Below are positions 9,737 to 18,884 of a DNA stretch of 64,000 nt, in pieces. How positions within the stretch are numbered: position 1 is the first letter of the stretch; every line of letters starts with the position of its first letter. Made by a program: the position numbers and the translations under genes. Origin of the DNA: an uncultured bacterium (GTDB taxonomy: Bacteria > Oederibacteriota > JAAXVQ01 > JAUVAV01); the NCBI GenBank assembly GCA_963710755.1, contig CAVQBK010000007.1:64001-128000 (forward strand), read 5' to 3'. The notes under the pieces are model-generated. The model was not told the DNA's origin, searched no databases, and worked only from the letters and a program-made list of their open reading frames with translations.

Positions 9737-10603
9737 ATGCGCAACCTAATGATGATGATGCTGATTTTGGCGGCAGTACTGATATGGAATAATCAAGCTG
9801 TCCGAGCCTTAGAAAATGAGGCTGCAAGCAGCACGGACGCCCTGTCTTGGCCAACTTTACGGGGAACCGTGGAAACAGGCTTTCTGGCCGTGCTGGACCA
9901 TCGTATTCAATTTGGCCAGGATGGGACCTATTTTTCTTATACCCGTGACGGCGGGCAGGATGTACTTTTTCCCTTTACACGACTCAGCCTGGATCTGCGG
10001 TTAAGTCCGAGAGATACGGTAGTGTTGCTCTATCAACCGCTCGATTTAATTACCCGTACCACCTTGCGGGAATCGATCGTGGTGGATAAGACAACGTTTA
10101 CTGCAGGCACACCCATGGAATTTCGTTATAGCTTTCCTTTTTACCGCATCAGCTATTTGTATGATTTTATTGCTGAAGAAGCCGATGAGTTGGCCTTGGG
10201 GTTATCGCTGCAGATCCGCAATACCAGTATTGAATTTTTAGCGCTCAATGGTGATCGCTTGGTGCGTAAATCCAATATCGGGCCTGTGCCGGTTATAAAA
10301 GTCCGGGGCCGTCATCAGTATGCTAACGGTACCTGGGTGGCCATGGAAGCCGATGGCTTTTACGCGCCCATTAGTTACCTCAATGGCAGTGATAATGAAG
10401 TGGTGGGGGCAATTTTGGACGCCAGTGTGCGCTACGGCTGGACCTTTGGCCGGGACGCCCAAGCGTTTATTAATTTGCGCTACCTGGGCGGCGGAGCAGT
10501 GGGGACCAGCACCAACGAACCGGCACCAAGTGACGGTTATACCAAGAATTGGTTGCATTTTCTGACGCTCAGTGTAGGCTTTAATTATACCTTGCGGCCA
10601 TAA
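9737..10603 (+). CDS. Exported protein, probable outer-membrane beta-barrel
   Basis: Signal peptide, alternating amphipathic strands (YRISYLYDF, LDASVRYGW, FINLRYLGG) and C-terminal LTLSVGFNY; RBS GGAGG. Confidence 0.7.
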   Translation: MRNLMMMMLILAAVLIWNNQAVRALENEAASSTDALSWPTLRGTVETGFLAVLDHRIQFGQDGTYFSYTRDGGQDVLFPFTRLSLDLRLSPRDTVVLLYQPLDLITRTTLRESIVVDKTTFTAGTPMEFRYSFPFYRISYLYDFIAEEADELALGLSLQIRNTSIEFLALNGDRLVRKSNIGPVPVIKVRGRHQYANGTWVAMEADGFYAPISYLNGSDNEVVGAILDASVRYGWTFGRDAQAFINLRYLGGGAVGTSTNEPAPSDGYTKNWLHFLTLSVGFNYTLRP

Positions 10604-10621
10604 GCACGGTGGGGAGGGCTG

Positions 10622-12145
10622 TTACACTTTCAGGTTGTTGGTGAAAAACTGCACTTTATATTTTTTAGAGATAAGATTGGCGGTGATGCGGCCTGACTCA
10701 TAAATGGTGGGCAGGCCGCTGCCGGGATGAGTGCCGCCACCGACCAAATAACAATGGTTCAATTCCTCAAATTGGTTACGCGGTCTTAAGTAAAGCAGCT
10801 GGCTCAGTTGATGTCCCAGGTTGAACGTGGCACCTTTGTATATCCCATAAGTATCTTCCCAGTCCTGAGGCGTGATGATGATCTCCGCCTTAATATGCTG
10901 CTTAATATCCTTCATCACCGTGCGCTCCGCAATGGTGCTGAGCACCAATTCACGGTACTCTTCCTTTTCTTTGGCCCAGTCTACCGGGGCAAAGCGATTG
11001 GGAGTGGGCACCAAAATATACACGGCCGATTGACCCTTAGGGGCCAGGGTGGGATCGGTAACACTGGCATTGCGGATATAGATGCTCATGTCTTTTGACA
11101 GCACTTTGTTTTTAAAGATATCATCCACATTTTGTCGGTACTTTTTGGAAAAACTGATGGTGTGGTGGGGCAGGTCGTAAAGTTTGTCCAATCCCAGGTA
11201 AAGCATGAAAGTGGAACAGGAAAAATGCTTTTTTTCCAACTTGGGTTTGCTCCATCTCGACAGAATTCCATCGGGAACCAACGTGGTCATGGCATGAGCA
11301 AAGTCGGCGTTGATAATCACTTCATCAGCGGTAATAGTCTCGCCGTTTTCCAACACCACGCCCTTCACCTTCCTGCCTTGCAGCTGCAAGGTTTTTACCG
11401 GTGTATTCAGATGAATCTCAGCGCCCTGGCTTTGAGCCACTTTGGCCATGGCGTCTGAAATGGCACTCAAGCCGCCTTCGGTATGATAAATGCCGTAAGC
11501 ATGTTCAATTATGGACAGCATGGCAAACAATCCCGGACAATCCCAGGGCGACATGCCCAAATATTTAGCCTGGAAGGTAAAGGCAATGCGTAATTTTTCA
11601 GGCAGGAAATAATCACCGAGTACGTTGATCAAACTGCGGCCGGCCGCCAAATAGGGAATAGCTTTGAGAAGATCGCGGGAAAACATTTTGGAAATAGTTG
11701 CATAGTCTTTTTGCAGACAGGGGTAGAGTTTTTCAAAACGGATCATCTCTTTGCGGTAATAATTATGCAGCCCTTTTTCTTCGCCCGGGAAATGGCGGGC
11801 AATTTGACTGGCCATTTGTTGCTGGTCCGTGGTGGGCTCGATGGTCATATCGTCAAATTGCAGACGGTACATGGGGTCGAGCCGGGTAAACTTAAGGTAG
11901 TCTTCACTTTTGCTGCCGGCTTCGATAAACACTTCATCCAAGATCTGCCTCAGCATTAAAAAGGTGGGCCCTGTATCGAATTTGAAGCCATTCACCTCAA
12001 GGGCGGCATTACGCCCGCCAACTCGGTCTTTTTTTTCAAACACCGTGACTTTGAAACCCCGTTTGGCCAGAAGCATGGCGCTGGTCAGCCCACCGGGACC
12101 GGCGCCGATGACCACGATATGTTTGGAAGAAGAGTATCTGTTCAA
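10622..12145 (-). CDS. crtN: Phytoene/dehydrosqualene desaturase, CrtN/CrtI family
   Basis: VIGAGPGGLTSA, FDTGPTFL, FTFQAKYLGMSPW and YLVGGGTHPGSGLPTIYESGRI; TTG start after GGCGGTG. Confidence 0.8.
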   Translation of the reverse strand: MNRYSSSKHIVVIGAGPGGLTSAMLLAKRGFKVTVFEKKDRVGGRNAALEVNGFKFDTGPTFLMLRQILDEVFIEAGSKSEDYLKFTRLDPMYRLQFDDMTIEPTTDQQQMASQIARHFPGEEKGLHNYYRKEMIRFEKLYPCLQKDYATISKMFSRDLLKAIPYLAAGRSLINVLGDYFLPEKLRIAFTFQAKYLGMSPWDCPGLFAMLSIIEHAYGIYHTEGGLSAISDAMAKVAQSQGAEIHLNTPVKTLQLQGRKVKGVVLENGETITADEVIINADFAHAMTTLVPDGILSRWSKPKLEKKHFSCSTFMLYLGLDKLYDLPHHTISFSKKYRQNVDDIFKNKVLSKDMSIYIRNASVTDPTLAPKGQSAVYILVPTPNRFAPVDWAKEKEEYRELVLSTIAERTVMKDIKQHIKAEIIITPQDWEDTYGIYKGATFNLGHQLSQLLYLRPRNQFEELNHCYLVGGGTHPGSGLPTIYESGRITANLISKKYKVQFFTNNLKV

Positions 12146-12262
12146 ACTGTCACCGCCTTGGATAGAGGTGAAGCGCAGCTTGCCTTCGCTCCTTTAAAGA
12201 CGCTTTATCATAGCAAAAACGGAACAAATACCCAACCTCAAGTTGATGAAGACGCCGAAAAT

Positions 12263-13702
12263 CTAAATGCCTTTGTAAGCAGCCAAAGCTTCCTGGCGGG
12301 CTTGTTGATGATCAACCACCGGCCGGGGATAATGCTTGCCCAGCACCACCCCGGCCTGATGCAGGACGGACGCTGGAGCGCGCCAGGGATGGTGCAGCCA
12401 AGGCAGAGGCAGCCTTTCCAACTCCGGCAGCCATCGCCGGATATAGGTGCCATGGGGGTCGAATTTTTGGCTCTGGGTGGCGGGATTGAATATCCTGAAA
12501 AAGGGCGCTGCATCAGGCCCACATCCTGCCGTCCATTGCCATCCCAGGGTATTGTTGGGCAGATCAGCATCTACCAGATGCTGCCAGAACCAGCGGGCAC
12601 CGGCCTGCCAGGGTTGCATGAGATCCTTGGTTAAAAAGGAGGCTACCACCAACCGTACCCGGTTATGCATGAAGCCTGTGGCCAACAGTTCTCTCATGCC
12701 CGCATCCACCAAAGGATAGCCGGTTTGGCCCTGCTGCCAGGCCTGTAAAAAACGGTTGTTATTCTTCCATGGGAAAGCCCGGAAACGAGGATTGAGTGCT
12801 TGGTCACTGGTGTGGGGAAAAGCATGGAGCAGGTGATAGGCGAAGTCCCGCCAGTATAGCTGGCGGGAAAACGCGTTGATGCTATCGCCCACGTTGACGG
12901 AAGTCTGGGGTTTTTCTTGGTTAGCCACCTCATGCCAGAGGCTGCGCATGCTGATCTCGCCGAAATGCAAATGGGGTGACAAGCGTGAGGTGGCCAAAAT
13001 GGATGGGAAATCATGATCTTTGGCGTAAAGACACAGGCCTTGCCGGAGGAAACGGTTCAATTGCTTTCGGGCGCCGCGGCTGCCTGGCATCCAGTACGGC
13101 TGCAGACTGGGCCCCCTGGAAGGGGTCAACAGCCTAAGTTGGTCCAACTTGAGCCCCGAGGGCCAGCGCCCGGGTGCAGTCAGTATCCTTGGTTTGGGTG
13201 AGGGCTGAGGCAGAGATCCAAGGGCCAGGGCTTTGCGCCAAAAAGGGGTAAAGACTTTAAAGGGTGTGCCTTGAGCGGTGCTCAAGCTTTTCGGAGGGTG
13301 AAACAAGACATCATGAAAGCCCTGACACTGCCAGCCGGAAGCGCGCAAGCTTGTGACGAGCCGTTCATCAGCCTGTTGATCCAGCGGGTGGTAACGGTAG
13401 GTGAATAAAAGTGTTTTGCTGCCGGTGTTGGTGGATAGGGTTTTTAGAATTTTTAAAGGCTGGCCTTGAAACAGAAGCAGCCGCGAACCCATGGCTAAAA
13501 GGTCCTCAGCCAAAGCCTGCAGGCTATGGTGGAGCCACCAGCGCGAGGCCGGACCAGGTGACCAGGGATCATGACCATTGACCGTCCAAATGAAAAGCGG
13601 GATCACCGGCCGGCCCGTAGCCCGGCTGGCCAGCAAAGCCTGATGGTCGCTGACCCTCAGATCCTGGCGAAACCATAATAACGCAGGGGTCTTGTCAGCC
13701 AT
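12263..13702 (-). CDS. phrB: Class I deoxyribodipyrimidine photolyase
   Basis: WFRQDLR, TSRLSPHLHFGEIS, GQTGYPLVDAGMREL, GFMHNRVR, WQWTAGCG and RIFNP...KFDP. Confidence 0.95.
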   Translation of the reverse strand: MADKTPALLWFRQDLRVSDHQALLASRATGRPVIPLFIWTVNGHDPWSPGPASRWWLHHSLQALAEDLLAMGSRLLLFQGQPLKILKTLSTNTGSKTLLFTYRYHPLDQQADERLVTSLRASGWQCQGFHDVLFHPPKSLSTAQGTPFKVFTPFWRKALALGSLPQPSPKPRILTAPGRWPSGLKLDQLRLLTPSRGPSLQPYWMPGSRGARKQLNRFLRQGLCLYAKDHDFPSILATSRLSPHLHFGEISMRSLWHEVANQEKPQTSVNVGDSINAFSRQLYWRDFAYHLLHAFPHTSDQALNPRFRAFPWKNNNRFLQAWQQGQTGYPLVDAGMRELLATGFMHNRVRLVVASFLTKDLMQPWQAGARWFWQHLVDADLPNNTLGWQWTAGCGPDAAPFFRIFNPATQSQKFDPHGTYIRRWLPELERLPLPWLHHPWRAPASVLHQAGVVLGKHYPRPVVDHQQARQEALAAYKGI

Positions 13703-14660
13703 GGTTACGTAACATCAATTCTTTAGGATGAGGGTTTAAATAGGACTGATCCAGTAAATAAGTAACTTCGTATTTCTGAAGATAATGTTTGAGCAATGTC
13801 AAGGGGACTACTAAGGGAATCAGCTGCTGGTGATAATCATCGATGACCGCCAATAGTGAGGCCTTGTCATCAGCAGATAACTCTTTTTTTAGATAACCCA
13901 GCATATGGGTGAGTACATTGGTGTGTTTTTTGACGGTGGCTTTTAGCTCCAAGGCTTCCATAAAGAGGCTGCTATAGGCGGTTTGGAAGGTCTGGGGCGT
14001 ATGCGTTTTAACGGACGCCACCAGGCTGCCCAATTTTTGATAATGGCTGGGACTGTGGCTCATGAGCAGAAGTTTTTGGCGGGTATGAAAGGCCACAACC
14101 ACGCCGCGGGTGAAGGGCTGGTGCCATAACTGTTGCAAACGGTGATAGGCAAAGATGCGCTCGATGAAATTTTCCCTTAAGACCGGATCATGGAGGCGGC
14201 CTTCGTCCTCCACCGGGATCAGAGGAAAGCGTTCCATGAATTGGCGGGCAAACAGACCGGGGCCTTTGGCCGCCACCTGGCCGGCGTTATTATAGATCTT
14301 GACCCGGTCCATGCCCGAACTGGGCGACTTGCTCTTGAAGATAAACCCGTCCAGGTTGACCAGACCATCTAGTCGTCGGGTGGCGTAAGCCAGCATGGCG
14401 TCAGTCCAATCGTGGCCGCTGCGAATGCCTTTCAGCCGGGAATGGTCGGCGGCGCCCACCAGACGTACCGCCTCCCTGGGGATGCCCATACCCACTTCCA
14501 CTTCCGGGCAAACGGGTACCCAGTCCACATAGGGACCCAACGTATCAGTGAGATAAGGATCCCACTTATGGCCGCCGTCATAGCGGACCTTTTCACCCAG
14601 CAGACAGGCACTGATGCCGAGCGTGATTTTTTCGGAAACAGCATCACCAAGACCGTTCAT
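13695..14660 (-). CDS. DUF523 + DUF1722 (YbgA/YbbK, 2-thiouracil desulfurase-like) protein
   Basis: GISACLLGEKVRYDGGH, VCPEVEVG, KSKSPSSG, EDEGRL, HTNVLTHMLGY and terminal YLNPHPKELMLRN; overlaps phrB start; RBS AGGAGG. Confidence 0.9.
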   Translation of the reverse strand: MNGLGDAVSEKITLGISACLLGEKVRYDGGHKWDPYLTDTLGPYVDWVPVCPEVEVGMGIPREAVRLVGAADHSRLKGIRSGHDWTDAMLAYATRRLDGLVNLDGFIFKSKSPSSGMDRVKIYNNAGQVAAKGPGLFARQFMERFPLIPVEDEGRLHDPVLRENFIERIFAYHRLQQLWHQPFTRGVVVAFHTRQKLLLMSHSPSHYQKLGSLVASVKTHTPQTFQTAYSSLFMEALELKATVKKHTNVLTHMLGYLKKELSADDKASLLAVIDDYHQQLIPLVVPLTLLKHYLQKYEVTYLLDQSYLNPHPKELMLRNHG

Positions 14661-14697
14661 GACTAATCCTCCTGGAGTCAGTCATCACGATGGCCAC

Positions 14698-14726
14698 ATT
14701 ATGAGCTAAGGCCTGGTCAAAGGCAA
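14698..14726 (-). promoter_or_regulatory. Putative sigma70 promoter for ybgA-phrB-crtN
   Basis: Minus strand TTGCCT-N17-CATAAT, about 40 bp upstream of ATG 14660. Confidence 0.45.
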
Positions 14727-14740
14727 TAGGCAGTATGCAA

Positions 14741-14769
14741 TTGACACCCGGGAAGGGTAATGGTAATTT
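14741..14769 (+). promoter_or_regulatory. Putative sigma70 promoter for the ferritin-like operon
   Basis: TTGACA-N17-TAATTT with an extended -10 TG at 14761-14762. Confidence 0.5.
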
Positions 14770-14983
14770 CAACTGAGCCGGGAAGAAGTGGACGATAAGC
14801 ATGACATGACCAAAAAAATCAAATGGGCATACCCGGGCCTTATGCCTACCCTTTGAAGGACAAGGGGTAGGCAGTTGTTGCCCGCGAGACGGCCGAGGCG
14901 GAGTAGAGGTGGAAAAAATCTTTATTGTCAAACCAGTTAATTTAAGCTAAAACCTTAAAGAAATAAAATTGAGGAGGATGATC

Positions 14984-15508
14984 ATGAGTGAAGCCTTTAT
15001 AGTCGATGCTTTGAAAACTGCTCTGGATTTCGAAGAAAAAGGCCGTAATTTTTATACCAAGACCGCGGCAACGGTGACCGATCCGCTGAGTCAAAAGTTG
15101 TTTCAGACGCTGGCCTCCGATGAAGTCAAACATGCTGAAAAAATTAATGCCATTTATCAAGCTTTGTCCAAAGATCAACCGCTGCCCGAGGGCAATCCCG
15201 TACATCAAGCCCATTTGGAAGAACATGTGAAAGCCTTTTTTGAAGACCACAAAAGCGCCTTGAGCAAAGGCGCAAGCAATCTGGAAGGCTACGAGTTTGC
15301 CATGGAAATGGAAAAAACCGGTATTGACATGTATGAGAAATTTGCCGGCCAAACAGAGCATGAAGGCGAACGGACCTTTTACCAATTCCTAATTAAAGAA
15401 GAACGGGAACATCTGGAAGCTCTGAAAAATGTTTATTTTTTCCTTACCGATTCGGGAGACTGGTTGCAGGAAGACGAAAGCAAGCACTGGAATTGGATGA
15501 ACCTTTAA
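14984..15508 (+). CDS. Ferritin-like (rubrerythrin family) diiron protein
   Basis: Duplicated E...ExxH motifs (ALDFEEKG..DEVKH; AMEMEKTG..EEREH); RBS GAGGAGG before ATG 14984. Confidence 0.88.
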   Translation: MSEAFIVDALKTALDFEEKGRNFYTKTAATVTDPLSQKLFQTLASDEVKHAEKINAIYQALSKDQPLPEGNPVHQAHLEEHVKAFFEDHKSALSKGASNLEGYEFAMEMEKTGIDMYEKFAGQTEHEGERTFYQFLIKEEREHLEALKNVYFFLTDSGDWLQEDESKHWNWMNL

Positions 15509-15565
15509 TTTCAATCATGATCTGCTATCAACATCGATGCTGTTTACCAAAAATCAGAGGACTGT

Positions 15566-16132
15566 ATGCCTGAACCGGGAAGACCGAAAAAACAAACCAT
15601 CTATACTGTGGGGCACGGGGAGCGTTCCTATAGTGAATTGCTCTCGCTCCTGCGCAAAGAGGGCATACAAATTTTAGCGGACATCCGGTCCGTGGTGCGG
15701 GTGAAAAATGCGACCCATTTCAGCAAGGATTACTTGGCTGACAAATTGCCCACCAGCGGCATTACTTATCACCACTTGAAGGATTTGGGCGCCCGGGGCC
15801 GCAAAAGTCTGCGCCGATCTCCCAACACCGGGCTATCCAAAGCTCAGCAAGGCTATGCGGACTATATGCTGACCGAGGAATTTGAACGTGCCCTGATGCA
15901 GCTGCTGGCCCTGTCTTCCATTGGCCTGGTGGCGATACTCAGCGCTGAAAAGGACCCCGGTTCCGGGCATCAGCGTTTTCTGTCAGACGCCTTGGCTGCC
16001 CGGGGGGTCAAGGTGATCCACCTTATTGACATGGATACCAAACTTGAACATCATCTCCCGGCCAGGATTGAAATAAAAAAAAATAAAATCATCTATCCCG
16101 CCCCAGGGGAGCAACTAAGCCTGTTCGATTAA
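15566..16132 (+). CDS. DUF488 family protein
   Basis: IYTVGHG, LADIRS, YHHLKDLGARG and GYADYMLTEEF; C-terminal QLSLFD. Confidence 0.82.
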   Translation: MPEPGRPKKQTIYTVGHGERSYSELLSLLRKEGIQILADIRSVVRVKNATHFSKDYLADKLPTSGITYHHLKDLGARGRKSLRRSPNTGLSKAQQGYADYMLTEEFERALMQLLALSSIGLVAILSAEKDPGSGHQRFLSDALAARGVKVIHLIDMDTKLEHHLPARIEIKKNKIIYPAPGEQLSLFD

Positions 16133-16208
16133 CATTGTCCTTTTTAATTTTCACTCAACTTTGCCGGTGCAAGCCGCCGGCGTCCAGTCCCAAAGGAGCG
16201 CGTTGCCG

Positions 16209-17588
16209 ATGCCCGAGGAGATGGTATTTAATATCGAGTTGCAGCTTCAGACCCTAACCGATCTGTTGGAGAAAAATGACGGCAAGGCCATTCATCGTCT
16301 CCTGGCGGCCATGGATCCTACCGATGCCGCCGGTCTGGCCGGCCTTTTAAAGGACCACGATCAGCTAAAACTATTTGAACTGCTTAAAAGTGATCAGGCT
16401 GCTGAGATTGTGGAGGTCATGCTGTCCCACGATCAAACCTCCTTGGTGGCCGGTCTGCGTCCTGAAATTGCCTCCGACATAATTGAAAAGATGGACTCCG
16501 ACGATGCGGCCGACGTGCTGGGGGATTTGCCGGCCGACAAGCGGGATGCCATTTATGCGGAGATGAAACCCGCTCATGCTGACAAGACCAGGACCCTGGT
16601 GGCTTACGCTCAGGATACGGCCGGCGGGATGATGGCCACGGAGTTTATCGCCCTTAAGGAAACGCTGACCGTGCAAAGGGCATTGCAAGTTTTACGGGCT
16701 GAATATAAACGCCTGGGCGATGAGCGGGCTACCTATGTTTATACGGTAGACCAGCAAGGCGTGCTGACCGGCGTGCTGCAATTGCGTCATCTGGTGACCC
16801 ATCCCTCCACCGAGCGAATCAATCAAATTAAGGTTCCGGAGGTTAAATTTGTAACCACCAATGTGAGTAAATACGAAGTGGCCAAACTATTCCGGCGCTA
16901 TAAATATTTGGCCCTGCCGGTCGTGGACGGCTTCATGAAATTGGTGGGGGTCATCACCGCCGATGACGTGGTGGATTTGATTACCGAATTGTCCACTGAA
17001 GAAATGCTCAAAATTCAAGGAGTAAGCACAGAGGAATCGCGTACACAACCGGTCATCAAAATGGCCAGACGCCGTGTGTCCTGGCTTTCCATTAACATTT
17101 TTCTTAATGTGCTGGCGGCGTCAGTCATTGCTTTTTATTCGGACACACTCAAGGCGGTGATTGCCTTGGCCGCTTTTCTCCCCATCATTTCTGATATGAG
17201 CGGTGTGTCGGGCATGCAGGCCGTGGCGGTTTCTATACGTGATCTGGCCCTGGATCGAACCAATCCAAAGGAGTTGTGGAAGGTACTGTGGAAGGAAAGC
17301 CGAATCGGCCTGCTCAATGGATTTATCCTGGGCATTGAGGTGGGGGTTATTGCTTATTTGTGGAAAGGCATGCCTTATCTGGGGTTGATTGTAGCGGTGA
17401 GTCTCTGGTTTAATACCATCTTGGCCGTTTGTTTGGGCAGCAGTTTACCCCTTCTTCTGAAGCGGTTTAATATGGATCCGGCCATTGCCTCCGGTCCGAT
17501 TTTAACCACGGTCACCGATTTGATGGGCTTTTTCATTGTCTTAACGACCGCCACGCACATGTTGCCTCTGTTGACCACCTCGCCTTAG
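16209..17588 (+). CDS. mgtE: Magnesium transporter MgtE
   Basis: MDSDDAADVL, TAGGMMATE, CBS pair, RRVSWL and DPAIASGPILTTVTDLMG; RBS AAGGAG before ATG 16209. Confidence 0.93.
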   Translation: MPEEMVFNIELQLQTLTDLLEKNDGKAIHRLLAAMDPTDAAGLAGLLKDHDQLKLFELLKSDQAAEIVEVMLSHDQTSLVAGLRPEIASDIIEKMDSDDAADVLGDLPADKRDAIYAEMKPAHADKTRTLVAYAQDTAGGMMATEFIALKETLTVQRALQVLRAEYKRLGDERATYVYTVDQQGVLTGVLQLRHLVTHPSTERINQIKVPEVKFVTTNVSKYEVAKLFRRYKYLALPVVDGFMKLVGVITADDVVDLITELSTEEMLKIQGVSTEESRTQPVIKMARRRVSWLSINIFLNVLAASVIAFYSDTLKAVIALAAFLPIISDMSGVSGMQAVAVSIRDLALDRTNPKELWKVLWKESRIGLLNGFILGIEVGVIAYLWKGMPYLGLIVAVSLWFNTILAVCLGSSLPLLLKRFNMDPAIASGPILTTVTDLMGFFIVLTTATHMLPLLTTSP

Positions 17589-17706
17589 GATGAGGGGGTG
17601 CAATGCTTAGCTGCGGTGAAAAACCGCTAAGAACCCTCCCGTTACTGAAAGGGAGACGATTGGATTTTATTAACCGGCGTATTGGAGAACTGTTCCAGGA
17701 GCGAAT

Positions 17707-18606
17707 ATGTCCCGCGATGAACGGCAAAAAAAAATAAACACCGTTACTCTTGTCGGTTCCGGTATAAATATTGGGCTGGCCATACTCAAGGGTATTTTTG
17801 GCTTCCTGATCGGTTCCGTCGGGTTGGTGGCCGATGCTTTCCACTCCCTCAGCGACTTGGCCACAGATATTGTGGTATTGATAGGCACCAAACTTGGAGC
17901 CCGGCCGGCGGATAAAAATCATCCTTTTGGCCACGGAAAATTGGAAACGTTTAGTACCATGATCGTAGCTTTGGTGCTGATAGCCGTGGGTGTGGTCCTG
18001 GTGCTGGAAGGATACAAACGTTTAAGTATTCCCCATGAAGCCCAAAGCGGCCAATGGTTTATTTTGGCAGTTGCCGGGTTTTCGGTATTGATGAAAGAAT
18101 GGCTTTATCAGCGGACCATGACCATTTCCCGGATTACCCACAGCACGGCTCTGGTGGCCAATGCCTGGCATCACCGCAGCGATGCGCTGTCCTCAGTGGC
18201 CGTCATGCTGGGCGCGGTGGCCATGGCTCTGGGGTGGCCTTACGGAGACCAAAGTGCCGGTATCATTGTGGGACTCATGGTGAGTTATGCGGGCCTTAAA
18301 ATATTATACAATGTGGTCAATGAATTGGGGGAATCGGCGGTGGACGATAAAACCCGCCAACGTATTGAGGATATCCTGGCCGAACAAAAAGAAGTGCATT
18401 CCTACCATCGTCTGCGTACCCGCCGCAGCGGGCATGTGGTCATGATGGATATTCACATCCTGGTCGATCCCCGCCTTTCCCTGATTGAAAGCCATAATAT
18501 TTCCAAACGGCTCGAACAAGCCATGAATCAGCGCCTCGATTTTCCCGTCAATATCACGGTGCATGTGGAACCGGATATTCCTTCCGAAAAAAACAAACCT
18601 AATTAG
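17707..18606 (+). CDS. Cation diffusion facilitator (FieF-like) transporter
   Basis: ADAFHSLSD, HPFGHGKLE, NAWHHRSDALSS and HVEP motifs. Confidence 0.93.
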   Translation: MSRDERQKKINTVTLVGSGINIGLAILKGIFGFLIGSVGLVADAFHSLSDLATDIVVLIGTKLGARPADKNHPFGHGKLETFSTMIVALVLIAVGVVLVLEGYKRLSIPHEAQSGQWFILAVAGFSVLMKEWLYQRTMTISRITHSTALVANAWHHRSDALSSVAVMLGAVAMALGWPYGDQSAGIIVGLMVSYAGLKILYNVVNELGESAVDDKTRQRIEDILAEQKEVHSYHRLRTRRSGHVVMMDIHILVDPRLSLIESHNISKRLEQAMNQRLDFPVNITVHVEPDIPSEKNKPN

Positions 18607-18666
18607 GTCTAGTTACATAAATACAGTAAAAGGGACTGTAACAATATAAGCCGCAGATGGGGTGTC

Positions 18667-18849
18667 GGCATGCAACTATTCACATCACGGTATAAATTGT
18701 ATTTTCCATTGGAGGATGAGCTTGTTAAAGAATTAAAGCGTGAACGTTTTTTGCTGCAATCGACCTTATAAACCAACACCAGCTCCGGTCGACATTTCGG
18801 AGCGCCCTTCGCAGGTACCCGAAAACCAAGGCGTTGATAGTTTCATGCC
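18667..18849. repeat. Small intergenic element with imperfect terminal inverted repeats (MITE-like)
   Basis: GGCATGCAACTAT (18667-18679) and ATAGTTTCATGCC (18837-18849) are 12/13 inverted; internal TTTCGG...CCGAAA hairpin; lies between convergent genes. Confidence 0.45.
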
Positions 18850-18884
18850 TGGCAGGTCTTTTTTACTCTGGAGATTCGGTGATT

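Noticed and set aside
14854-14856. TGA in the leader uORF as a selenocysteine codon
   Set aside because: The read-through frame resembles no selenoprotein, and the hairpin spans the TGA rather than following it as a bacterial SECIS would.
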